Source of the DNA: Picochlorum sp. SENEW3
Lineage: Eukaryota
Assembly: GCA_034226945.1 (NCBI GenBank)
Contig: CP120458.1
Location: 496,001-560,000, forward strand
Direction of reading: 5' to 3'
Length of the DNA: 64,000 nucleotides
The notes under the pieces are model-generated. The model was not told the DNA's origin and made no database searches. It worked only from the letters and a program-made list of their open reading frames with translations. Below are positions 46,201-57,456 of this stretch, piece by piece. A program made the position numbers and the translations under genes. Positions within the stretch are counted from its first letter, which is position 1; the number at the start of each line of letters is the position of its first letter.

Positions 46201-46686
46201 GAGGCTTTTTCTTTCCCTCTAGGTTTTTTCCACCAGATGAAACTAGATAATAGTGACAATGACAGTATTTTTAATCAATGAGAGGGCTCTGCAATGCAAA
46301 TATTCGGGTATCACGTCAACAACAGCAATAATTACGACGACGACGACAATGTCTGGTTTTGATCACATCAGCGACCAATCTCTTGTGTCTTTTAAACTGC
46401 AATCCAACATGGCATATAAGTAACATACAAATATGATAAATGATCAGTGGTATCATCAGATCTGATCCTAATAAAAGGTCTTTGTCAGCAAAAGATGACA
46501 TCAACAATGTCGTTGTTGAAGAAGATGTTCCCTTGTTCTCTAGCAAAGCAAATGGCTATGATACCAGAGAAACAAGAGAAAAAAAAGGAATTTTTTATTT
46601 TACAAGAACAAGAATCACACATAAATGCATTGCTACATGGTAGATGGATGGATGTCCATGAAGACTCAAAAGAAGAATCTCTCATA

Positions 46687-47262
46687 TCAAAACAAGCCAG
46701 ATTTCTTCATAATTCTGAAAAACTCTTCTTCATTCACCTCTCCATCCCCATCTCGATCAGCCTCATCAATCATCTCTTGAAGCTCTTCATCAGAGATGCT
46801 CTCCCCAAGCTCCTTGGCCACCCTCTTGAGATTCTTAAAAGTAATCTTGCCAGTCTCATCATCATCAAACAACCTGAACGCCTTCATAATCTCCTCTCGA
46901 GGATCACGCTCTGCCATCTTGGCAGTCATCAAGGCCATAAAATCATCAAACCCAATAGTCCCAGACCCATCCGTATCCACATCAGAAATCATCTTCTTCA
47001 CCTCCTCCTTCTTTGGCTCAAACCCAAGCGCCCTCATAGCCACCTTGATCTCCTTGGCATCAATACTCCCACTCCCATCCGTATCAAAGAGATCAAATGC
47101 CTCTCGTATCTCTTGCCTCTGCTCCTCTGTCAGGCCCTTCTTTGAAGAGGCATCCTGCCTCTTGTCTCTCCTGGCTGTGGTAACAACCTTTCTGTAGTTG
47201 GAGGCAGACAAGGCTGGTTGTTGGTGTTGGTGTTGTGAGGGGTTGAGTGTGTTTGCCTGCAT
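46687..47262 (-). CDS. Centrin (caltractin)
   Basis: [68 protein letters not shown]. Confidence 0.96.
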   Translation of the reverse strand: MQANTLNPSQHQHQQPALSASNYRKVVTTARRDKRQDASSKKGLTEEQRQEIREAFDLFDTDGSGSIDAKEIKVAMRALGFEPKKEEVKKMISDVDTDGSGTIGFDDFMALMTAKMAERDPREEIMKAFRLFDDDETGKITFKNLKRVAKELGESISDEELQEMIDEADRDGDGEVNEEEFFRIMKKSGLF

Positions 47263-47673
47263 TTTTATTATTCAATTTAATTCCATATATACGTATATCT
47301 ATGTGTCAGAAGAAAAGAAGAAAGAGAAAGAAACGCATCCATGGATGACGACGACGACGTCAACAACCGTCATTATTCGAAGTATAGTCCTACTCATACA
47401 GGGAGCATGGATGATATACACACTAGAAGAACGTACCATGATGATATTCAATTGTATATATTCCTAGTATATTTAAAGAAGTTGGACTACAAAGAGTAAG
47501 TATGATTCAAATGGATCCAAGGGACAGGTATTGTTTTAAATGCTTAATTTCGGACTTTCCTTCTCAATTTCCAACCGCACGCGTGCACTACTAATGTCTC
47601 TGTCTTCTGACAACTAGGAATAGACTTTAAATACAAATATTTACACAAAATAATAATACTATCAGTAATAATA

Positions 47674-48429
47674 ATGATATTCTCTTCTTTAAGTGGTATT
47701 CAGCAGTGCTATTCAGCAGCATTGCCAAAGAGCAGGTCATGCCCTGTGGCATCCGTGGTCGGATGTGGTTGTCAACAGCCATTTCATAGGAGAAGAACTG
47801 GTATTACAGTATCAGATTCATACAATAATAATAATAATGGACGCATTCATGGGAATACTGCATTGCCAAGAATATGTGTTGGTGGTCGTCGACGCGTGGG
47901 AGGGTTCTTGTTGCCTTGCAGTATTAGTACTATGGATGGCCCAACCAGGGTATACGCTACTGCTGCCTCGTCTTCTATTCCAGAGACATCATCTTCATCT
48001 TCATCAACATCATCCTCTGTGGTTGTGATAGATATAGCAAAGGAGGAAGAGTTTGATGCAGTGGTGGCAGCGCATCCAGGGGCCTTGGTGGTGCTCATGT
48101 GCAAGGCCAAGGGGTGCAGGCCATGCAAGCAGTTTAAGAGCAAGTATGATACGTTGGCGAATTATTTTACAGATGCGGTGTTTTGTGAGGTTATTGGGGA
48201 TAGGAATGAGTCTACAAGGAATATGATGAGGAAGATGAAGATTAGGGCAACACCTACATTTGTGTTTTATAGGAATGAAGAAAAGGTGCATGAGCATTCT
48301 GGTATTAATCCGCAAAAGATGATTGATGCTCTGGAGGCGCATGTGCTGGAAGGGGAGACTGGGTATGGGGAAGAGCATTTGCATTTTGTTGCCAATGTTC
48401 TTAGTACTACTGAAGATGATGAAGAATAG
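47674..48429 (+). CDS. Plastid thioredoxin-like protein (CRPC active site)
   Basis: Long S/R-rich transit peptide followed by a Trx fold (LVVLMCKAKGCRPCK..., IRATPTFVFYRN). Confidence 0.88.
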   Translation: MIFSSLSGIQQCYSAALPKSRSCPVASVVGCGCQQPFHRRRTGITVSDSYNNNNNGRIHGNTALPRICVGGRRRVGGFLLPCSISTMDGPTRVYATAASSSIPETSSSSSSTSSSVVVIDIAKEEEFDAVVAAHPGALVVLMCKAKGCRPCKQFKSKYDTLANYFTDAVFCEVIGDRNESTRNMMRKMKIRATPTFVFYRNEEKVHEHSGINPQKMIDALEAHVLEGETGYGEEHLHFVANVLSTTEDDEE

Positions 48430-49923
48430 TCATAGGGTGGTGATGGAGTGACATCGTAGTCAGAGTTGGTGGAAGACACTCTGGCTAGTAATACTATGTT
48501 AATATTGGTATAAAATTTTATTCTTGTAATGTATTCATGTTAGAGACAGGAAAAGGAAGTAGTCCCAGCAAGGCAAGAAACAGGGCACCTGGATAAAACT
48601 AACAGCCATCATGACTACAACTGAGCTTTGGTGAAATGATGCCGCGTCCATGCATGGTTCATATGCATATGAGCATCTAGGACTCTAGTTGGGCTAAAAG
48701 TCTGATGACAACTGACTGCAGAGGTAGATGAGATATTGCTATATCCGGTACATTTTGAACAACAGCTGATAGGCCTGGCAATGCCACGTGCATGTCTCTT
48801 GATGGTCAGAAAGAAGATATCATTTGTTGCTGAACTTCTTGGAGATACTATTGTGACACAGGAGTTTACGCCCCTTTTTGGAAACAAATTGTTAGTTGAA
48901 GCAAGTCTTGAAAGAAGAGCGTGTGGGCTTTGCGAGATGGATACCACATGTTCCTCCTTGCGAACGTGAAAAAACTACTTCAACTTCTGCTGTCGCGGGG
49001 AGACTTTATTAAGAGCGCCCGACAAAGGATATTTTTCACCCACAAGGGGCTAGGCAGTAAATTGATTGTCTGATTGGGGTCTCCATATTCTGGTGAAGGA
49101 ATTGGGTGAATGCTCATACACTGATGAAAACCTCTAGAGCGGATACTTACTTGCATGATAGTCTAAAATCAGGGCCTCTCTCAGTGTCCCCGCCGGAATA
49201 CTTCCACAAAGATACATTTACACACACAGTGCGTATCTACAACTGTAGACACGCCAAGTATCTTGCAAGTAGCTTCTCTAATCATTTCCTTGATGTCCTG
49301 GAAAGTTGGTGCTATTTCTAGGAGTAACGGACCTCGGCCACCTGTATGGAGGAGTCTGTCGACAGCACTGTGGTAGAAAGGAAGGGATATAGCGAGATGG
49401 AGAAACTGGAGCAATTGTCCGAATGGGTAAAGCAGAAGAAAACTGAGGCAAACTGAACGAAGCATGATGAGGTTGATGTGTGCCCCAGGCCTAGGAACAA
49501 GCAAAACTGAAGACCTTGAGAGTCATTTGGGGAGTTGGATGAATTCCAAACCTCATGAAGCAATTGGCAAAAGGGAACGTGAAGAATTTGGTGTGCATCT
49601 GATATCTAATCAAGAGAGTCAGATGCCAAGTGGCTCATCTAGGCCACACTGCCACTGTACAGTGTACATGTACAGTGTCGACATGTCGAGGCAGACGCAT
49701 TGAATTCATGTCAGGAGGAATTTTATGAACAAGAACATGCACGCAGTGAGATCGAATCCGGATTGGACGGCAGCAGTTGCAGCGAGGTGAGTCAGCCACG
49801 ATGTTTTTGTGGCAGAGCCCTGGACTTCTCTTGACTTGCAGGACTATGAGGATGGTGACAGCGATACAGGATCGGCGGTGATGAAAAGACGGATTTTGTA
49901 ATGATGTCAACTGTGCCCCGTGA

Positions 49924-50695
49924 TTGCAAGCAGTCATGCGATTTAAAAACATATCTAGATGCAAACACAGGGAAGGTGGGTGTGGGGCGGGTTATTATTC
50001 CGATGGGATGGGTTCTGTTTCGCTGTTGCGGTTCCTCGCAGGACTATTGCAAATAGAGATCAAACATGCTCTAACAAAGGAGTGCATGCAAGACATATTG
50101 GACTAGGCCAGATCAGGCTTGAGGTGGTACGACAGGAATATTGTGCCACCATCAGTATATCTGCTAAGACAGGTTATGGACGTGCCGGCATTGGATCGGT
50201 TCGAATACCACAAATGTCCTTGTGGATACATTTACGAGGATGTTGTGTCCTTGAAGAATCGCGACATGGACATGAAATGCGCCAAGTGCGAGAGAACTAG
50301 GTTCAAGAGAAAAGGGAGTCCAAAGCCTAGGCAGAATTTCTACTTCTTCGGCGTAGAAGAGTCCATTCGGAGTTTGTTTCAATCCGAAAGATTTAGACAT
50401 GCAAGAGACATTAGTATAAAGAACAATCGAGTTGGAAATGCATTGTACAGGAAAGAGACACCTTGGTTTGGTTTTGTCAAGGAGAAGGAACCGACAGTAG
50501 AGGAAAGCACGACTAGTATTTGGTCCATAGGCATCGACGGGGCTCAGCCATTTTCGAAACGTACTCGTTCAGTAACTTTGATTGTGATGAAATGCAAAGA
50601 CATGGATACCAATGGCCGATATCTGACATGCAACACGAGGCTGTTGGCCATCATTCCTGGTCTAAAAAAGCCAAAAGATTTAAACCCTTACCTGT
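49924..50695 (+). pseudogene. CACTA/EnSpm-type (Tnp2-like) transposase, N-terminal part; in-frame stop at 50104-50106
   Basis: N..PPSVY.L, YHKCPCG..Y...C.KC...RF, FY.F.V...I..LF, IGIDGAQPF, LAIIPG.K.PKDLNPYL. ORFs 49924..50106 and 50119..50697 share a frame. Confidence 0.8.
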
Positions 50696-50965
50696 GATTC
50701 TTTGTGCTCAAGAATCGGCTGACTCTGCCCATGAGTAAGCTCATCCCTGAGACACAAACGGCCTTTCTCCCTGGACGACATTCAGCGCAGAATGGATTCA
50801 AGATGCGGTGCCACACCTCTTGGCACATGAAAACAAATGGGCATATTTGGTGGGTCTATGTGACTTCCAGAAAGCATATGATACTAGCATTGACCGGGGT
50901 TTTCTGTTACAGATTTGCAGAGAACTCCGAATGCCAGGCTTCCTTATGGCCTGGAGCCACAGCAG
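50696..50965 (+). mobile_element. Non-LTR (LINE) reverse transcriptase fragment, frameshifted
   Basis: LKNRL....KLIPETQTAFLPGR, then after a frameshift LCDFQKAYD.SIDRGFL. Confidence 0.75.
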
Positions 50966-51267
50966 GAAAACCATAACAAAAACCTCCTCTTTTTCCTTGT
51001 CTGTTTGTCCTGATTCTACATTATTCTATCTGAAATGGATTTGTGATTGCCAATCACAGATTGGGAATCCAGAGAGAAAAAGAAAAAACATTCATCGCAT
51101 CGACGTTGAATTTGGTTTTGGCGAGAGGCGACGCCGAATCGTCGATTTGTTGGCGGATTTTTATCATTTCTTCATTCTAGTTTCTATATCTGGGATGGAA
51201 AAGGCCAGAAGAGACGAAAAGAGAGAAAAAGACTTTGAATGAATGCATGCGACTCGATGGAGGTATG

Positions 51268-51463
51268 GAAGAGGTCTTGTTTAAGACCCCGAGCTCAATC
51301 AGCGGTCGCTTAAAATACCCGACCGGCCAAACAAGGTCCAAAATCTACATGTTTTCTAACCCTAATACCCTAATCCCCTTGCCCCCTACCCGACCCTACC
51401 CGGTCCCCCGACCATTTGATGGGAAACCACTGAATTTCAGGGGGTCTTAAACAAGGCCTCTTC
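51268..51463. mobile_element. MITE-like element with 23-bp terminal inverted repeats
   Basis: GAAGAGGTCTTGTTTAAGACCCC (51268-51290) versus the reverse complement of GGGGTCTTAAACAAGGCCTCTTC (51441-51463): 22/23 identical. No clear TSD. Confidence 0.6.
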
Positions 51464-52264
51464 TCTGTATGGAGGCTCGATGACGTGCGAGTTTTCGTTG
51501 GATTGGTGGTTTTTCTTTGTTTTTTTCTTTTCTATTTAGAGACAATGGTTCAATGTATAATGAGAACGAGAGAACGCTGAGAAGTGGGGTTTGGAGGAGT
51601 TGATTTCGCTATAATGCAGAGTCCCAGCTCCAAGTGCTGAGACTTCTCAGAGACGGCAAAATTCCCCTGCCACACCATTCGACGAGGACTGTAGACAGAA
51701 TGACAAAGAAATATCCACAAATAACGCTTGACAGTATCTTGGAGGACAAAATGAAAGAGAAACAGGCAGAGGTCTCTGGAGAAAATACTGATGCAACAGG
51801 ACCAAACAGAGTCAACCACGAACCATCGCCTCAGCAGTCCTCAGAACTATCTCTACAATTACATGGAGAGTCACAGTATTCTCAAGAGCTGCTCATTGGT
51901 CACAGGCAAGTTACGACTCCTAACTTAGGAGACTGAGGAAAGTCTGCAAAATGGCCCGTCCAGATACCAACTGTTGCATTCTCAATTCTACCAAAAAGTC
52001 TTTCTTAGGTAGCGATCCCTTTTTTTAAACTGTATTCAAACATTATATATATAATTCAAAAAGAATCATCACCGCTTCAAGTGCTCGATGACAAATCTAC
52101 GACCATCGAGCAAGAAATTGAGTATGATGTGCATGATTCGGATGATGAGAGTCAGAATGGTGAGCCCTCACAAGGAGAGCATGTCTATAACCATCCCAGA
52201 GATGAGGTCAGAAACAAGATATCTTGTATCCTGATCGATCAGGCACTATCGATAGTGTTGAGGA

Positions 52265-52960
52265 GTGACACACCTCGAAACCTCTGGCGGAACGAGACCT
52301 TACCAGCCACTAGAAATCTCGTTCCGTCACTTCACCCCCAGAGCACAGGGGGCGTGGAATCACCTGAGACTCATTTGTATGCATTACATGGACCTTTCAA
52401 GCGGTCATTCAGGGAGGCAACCATCCGCAGAAGCATCAAGATGGCTTCTAGAGTATGGGAAAATATGCCAAGAGGAGGAAGCTTTTGAATTGCTCAAGCC
52501 AAACCTTCACACAGCTTGTTGCATCCTGCGAGCTCAGGAGGACTTTCTAGGCCCTGTTGGCCAGATGTCAGAGCTTTGGGTGGAACGTGCTATGCGAACA
52601 GTCTCATCCACAGACTGCAAAAAGTCACCTGAAGCAACTCTGGCGATACGTCACACAATAGAGATGGCATTGCGAGCGGCCAAACAAAAGATTCACCTCG
52701 GTGATCAATCAGTCATTCAAAAACGGTCAGCACATTGAGGCAGAGGACCGTCTGATTCGAAATTTGATACACGTCCTCCTGGTTTGCCTTATCTGGAGGG
52801 AAAAAGGTTCGCCAAACACTGTTTGGAAACAACGGATGTTGAAAAAAACAAAATTTGGTGAACCCCTCGACCCCGGGAGAACTCCAGGGTCAGTCTTCTT
52901 CCAGGGTCAATTATCGCCAATCGCCCAGATAAACTAACTTCGCTACCCACAGATGGGTAA
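52265..52960 (+). pseudogene. CACTA-type transposase, C-terminal remnant
   Basis: W.HLR....HY, LLEYG, NLH..C..L..QE..LGP....ELWVERAM matches the H..GP....ER region of CACTA transposases. Stops occur downstream. Confidence 0.65.
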
Positions 52961-53006
52961 AAAATATCCCAGGAATTTTTCGTGTGTTCGAAGGATACTT
53001 GCAATA

Positions 53007-55318
53007 ATGCAGTGCAATGCAATTCTTCTCCTTGCACTTATCGGTACGGCTTCAGAGCATTCACACGCAACTCCAAACAGCATTCTTAATTTTGATTGAT
53101 TTCTGCTGCAGGTGTGGTTCAGGCTGCTCGTCAGATAACGTTTCCACCACCTGTGCAACCGATTGTTCCCAGCCCACCTCCACCTCCTCCTGCTAGCCCA
53201 GGAGTAGCGCCTGTAACATTCCCCTCCCCCGGATTTGTGTTTTCAATGATTGTGAAGAACACGAATCAAGCAAGTTGGACAGTTGCACAGGAGGCGAAAT
53301 TCTGCGATGATCTTGTTTCCGTGAATGCACCAGCCAACACTAAAGAATCTTGTGAAGCAAAGTTTGCTCAAAGTTGGAATGGAACTGATGCCCTTATCAA
53401 TGGCTTCTTCTTCTACGAGTGGTTATCAACCCCATCAGTTACCCAGATCCAGCTCGCAAGCGCTCTCCGCGACCAAGCAGTTGAGACCTTGAGACAGAAT
53501 GCATCAAGCATCCTTGGCCAAAACTTCCCAGGATCTTATGCGAATTGTGCCTGTGATGGTCCAACAGCCGTGGTTACAGCTTCAGCCACGTCAGACTTTT
53601 CCTACTCAAAGAATCTAACAGTTATTCCAGGTCCAGTTCAATGTGGAGCAAGATTGACTTATAGCACTGCACAGAGTGATGCTGTGATTAATCAGGTCGG
53701 GGTGGATGATGGATCAACAAATCTTGCCAACATTGGCAAGTTCTGCTCAACACCAGCTGTTGTGAATGGTGTATCTGGTATTCCAGGACAAGGCTCTTGC
53801 AGGCAGTATGGTGTGGTAGCCACACCTGTTGGAACTGCACGTGCCACTGCTACTGTCACAGTGGCAGGGGGATCTGTTCAAAACCCTGGTACTGTTACCG
53901 ATGGAGGTAGCGGGTACACATCCGCACCTGGTGTAACGTTGTCAGCACCCAACCGTGTTGGTGCCACTGCATCTCTTTCTTGGTCCGGAAATTCCGGGTT
54001 ACTAACAAATGCAGCCACTCTTTCCACAGCTACAAATGGCCCTTATGCCACCACCCCAACAGGGGTGATTGGGGGGGGAACATGCGTGGATACATCAGAC
54101 ACATACTGCACAGGAGGGTCACTTAGAATCAATGTCCCAGGAACACCATCCACCCGAACAGGGCAGGTTTGTACATCAGATGACTTCAACAGCGCAACCG
54201 GATGCAATGGTGGAGCATGTGTTGTCACAGTAACAGGTGGAGCAACATCATCCGTGACCTTCCCAGGCGCAACAGGTCAGGTCTACTGCACCTCAACCCC
54301 AACTATTACTTTGGACAACAATGCTGCACTGCAAGCAGCGCAACAAGCTACTGCAGAGGCGAGATTTAGTAGCACAACAAATGCAGTGACTGCTATTGTT
54401 GTTACAGGTGCAGGATCTGGATATCTATCAGCACCAACAGTCACAATTGCACCCCCAGGCACTGGTGATGTCGGAAAATTATGCGCCCCAACACCGATAA
54501 CCGGTATTGGAGTCGCAGTAACGGAAGGAATTACCACGACCGGAGTGTGCCAACCCCTTGGGCGAGATACACAGTTTAACAGAGTTTGCAGCACTCCAGC
54601 TGTTGATGGAGGGTTATGGAGCGCATTGAACACAGCAACTTGCAATGTTATCAGTTCTTTCAGAAATCAGCCATCTCCTACAGACACAAACAAATGCGGG
54701 ATTTTAACACAGTCGTTTGTTACAAGTGTCATACCACCACCACCACCAGCTCCAGCTCCATCTCCAGCACCAAAGCCAGCTCCATCTCCAGCACCAACCC
54801 CATCTGCCCCAACTCCAGCTCCAACCCCATCAGCTCCAGTAGTCTGCTCATACAGAGGAATTTACGAAATCATCCCACTCTATGCCCCATGCAACAGATA
54901 CAGAATCGCCTCTGGAACAGACTCTGACTGTGACTACAACTTGGTCACCCTCAGAACAGCAGGACAGGTTGGACAGGGCAAGATTGCCAGACTCCACTGG
55001 GAATTCGCCACCATTGCCGAAGACGGATTGTCTGTCCCAACCAATGTCTTGGCCAGAGCCAGACGTGGATGCACCAACAGATTCTTGGCTGCCCCATCCG
55101 ACCCAACCACCCTCAAGACTGGAGGATCCTCTTGGAAGTGGCAGTTTGTTCCATGGCCAGGAGCGATCAGTTGCGAGGAGGTGAATGTCATCTCCCAGAA
55201 CAGACTCTCCACCACCGCCTTCTTGCAGGTGCCAAGGTCCTGTGACCGCTTCAGATACAATGCTACTGATGGAGGACGTCAGAGATTCAGACTCAGAAGG
55301 GTCAACTTGCCGGTCTAA
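53007..55318 (+). CDS. Secreted Cys/Thr/Gly-rich cell-surface protein with Pro-rich linkers and GSGY repeats; intron 53044-53111
   Basis: Spliced signal peptide MQCNAILLLALIG|VVQA, PSPPPPP and PAPSPAP linkers, two GSGY.SAP.VT repeats and a Cys-containing C-terminal domain. Confidence 0.85.
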
Positions 55319-55629
55319 ATGACTCAGGCACAGCTGTCACCTTGATTCTCAATCTTTCATTTCTTCCTTTCTCAAAAATAGAGGAAACAGAACGTTGAGA
55401 TCAGCAGCAGCAGAGCACACACAACAACAGAAGTATTGATGATGATGACCTTTTCTCCCACATATCTATCAAAAAAATATATGCCAGGCACACTGTGAAC
55501 TCCTGGCAGCAGCATTTGGTAGTATAGCATCTATTCGTGCATATGCATATACTACAGCCGCTGCCATGAGTAATGGTTAAGCTGTGTGTAGTGTGCCATG
55601 TGCATACACAGAATAGAATATACATTTGT

Positions 55630-56360
55630 TCTCATAACCCACTGACTCCATGTAATACACAACCCCAACACCCTTTTTGTTCTACAATGTATGAGTACTA
55701 CTCATGATGAATGAATATGTACCAAAACCAATGAGAGAGACAAAGAGAAGAACATTCAAAAGAGGAATGAATGATGGCTTCAGTGATTCCTAGCATCATC
55801 ATCCTCATGATCATCATGGAGTGATATGAAGGGTATTATTATATGTATTATTATTATATATATGAATCATGGGAAGAAGGAGGAGAAGAAGAAGAAGGCT
55901 GAATTGAATCATCATCGATGATGATTCGGCACACAGCAGCAGTGTTGCAAGGCATACCCTTTGTTCTTCTGATTATGATACTTGTAAGTATAAAGAGAAA
56001 GAGAAGAAAGAGAGGGAATGGGTTTCGATCATTCATGATCAATGATTGTCGCGATGATGATCGATGGTGGATGAATCATTTATTGGTTGGTATTATGGTT
56101 GTATAATAATATATCTGCTCCTATTGACTGCTGCTGCTGTAAACATCTGTGTGGCGTAGAGAGAGGAAGAAGAAAGGGATTTCAATGAATGAATGCATGC
56201 TGACTTTGAGGAGGAATGCGATTGTTGCTCTCTATTACGGCAGTAGCAGCTTTGTATGATCTTATTATTACTGTATATATGGATATGGATATGATTTTTT
56301 AAATGATGATACGAAGAAAATTCATTATGGTGGTTGAAGCTGATGATGCTGACTGTAGTA
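55630..56360. repeat. AT-rich low-complexity region (ATG/ATC, GAA and TAT microsatellite-like tracts)
   Basis: Runs such as atcatcatc, gaagaagaag, tattattat and gatgatgat; no credible ORF. Confidence 0.6.
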
Positions 56361-56415
56361 GCCTGGAAGAAAGTAAAGGGTCTATTTCTTCTTTACCCTT
56401 GTAGTAATTTATATA

Positions 56416-57051
56416 CTAATTATCATTGTCTTGATTATATGCACTCATCTTTCTCACTTGCTCGAGTGAAAAGCCATGGGGGAAAATCTCAGTTTTATTT
56501 TTGACAGAGTCTTCTCCTTCAGCAAGCACTTCTTCGAGAGTCGTTGGATATACTATAGCATATGGGGGAGGGACAACGTCCAGGTGAGAATAATCTCGTA
56601 TATTGGTGCCGTGGACATGCCATGATGTGATGGATTTGCTGGGGTTGCTGACTTGATATCCTGCTTTGAGCAATTCGTAGGCCAGTCTGTTGTCAATGCC
56701 TGGTTTGCCTAGGGTGAGATTGTTGTTGTTGAGTGCTGACAATAACATGCTGTTTTGTATGTGTCCCTGAAATATCCACGTGTCCTGGCTATCTGGTCTT
56801 TTGAACAGCTTTCCATTGCTATTATCGTGCCTGCTCAAGGCATACACATGATTTTGGGGCAAAGATTTTGCCGTCTTGATGGTATCATCAAAGAATATAT
56901 CAGAATTGGCGATGATGTTTATTTTGTATGGCTTGAATGCGTTGAATATATCCGAGAAATGTCGAGAATCTATCTGTGTGTAATGCTTGAACAATGCTGC
57001 ATTTATAAATATACATCGATTGAGGTATATATGAGCGTCATTGGTGCAGAA
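56416..57051 (-). CDS. Glycosyltransferase-like (GT-A-type) protein of a family common in giant viruses and some microbes; 5'-truncated or spliced
   Basis: IIANSDIFFD, ALSR, SQDTWIF, LGKPG.DNRLAY, GY.V.NPS..I...H.H....R.Y. No ATG near the 5' end of the open frame. Confidence 0.6.
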   Translation of the reverse strand, partial: FCTNDAHIYLNRCIFINAALFKHYTQIDSRHFSDIFNAFKPYKINIIANSDIFFDDTIKTAKSLPQNHVYALSRHDNSNGKLFKRPDSQDTWIFQGHIQNSMLLSALNNNNLTLGKPGIDNRLAYELLKAGYQVSNPSKSITSWHVHGTNIRDYSHLDVVPPPYAIVYPTTLEEVLAEGEDSVKNKTEIFPHGFSLEQVRKMSAYNQDNDN

Positions 57052-57456
57052 TCAGAGACGTGCGAGGCCGGAGAAGCTCGAGAGGACAGTTGCCCACGGT
57101 CAAAGAAGGCTTTTGAACGGCCTCATATGGGTGTTTCACTGATGATAACAACATCGTCTCTGTTATCATGAGGCCCCTGATGTAATAAAAACATAGAAAA
57201 AAGGGAGTGATAGTATGTAGTGTGTATATACTTGTTGTACATGATATTGCAACAGTGTATGTTTGTATACATTTTAAATCGTTTGGCTGACAATGCCAGG
57301 ACAGTTTGAATAGTGTTCAAACGCACGTGCGATTGTCCTTGTTTCTCAAGCATATTGCGCTTTTTTGTGCAGTTCAAGCAATACTATCGCTTTTAATATA
57401 TAAAATATCAAATTTGGAGGGATTTTGAGCCACAAAAAGGCGAAGCAAGGGATTTC

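Noticed and set aside
46687..47262. Centrin as evidence for a cryptic flagellate stage
   Set aside because: Centrin is retained in many non-flagellate eukaryotes for other roles.
48600..49900. Coding-like sequence with short broken ORFs
   Set aside because: Probably decayed TE or gene sequence, but no motif could be assigned.
51600..52260. Short acidic ORFs between the MITE and the transposase remnant
   Set aside because: No recognisable domain or consistent splice structure.
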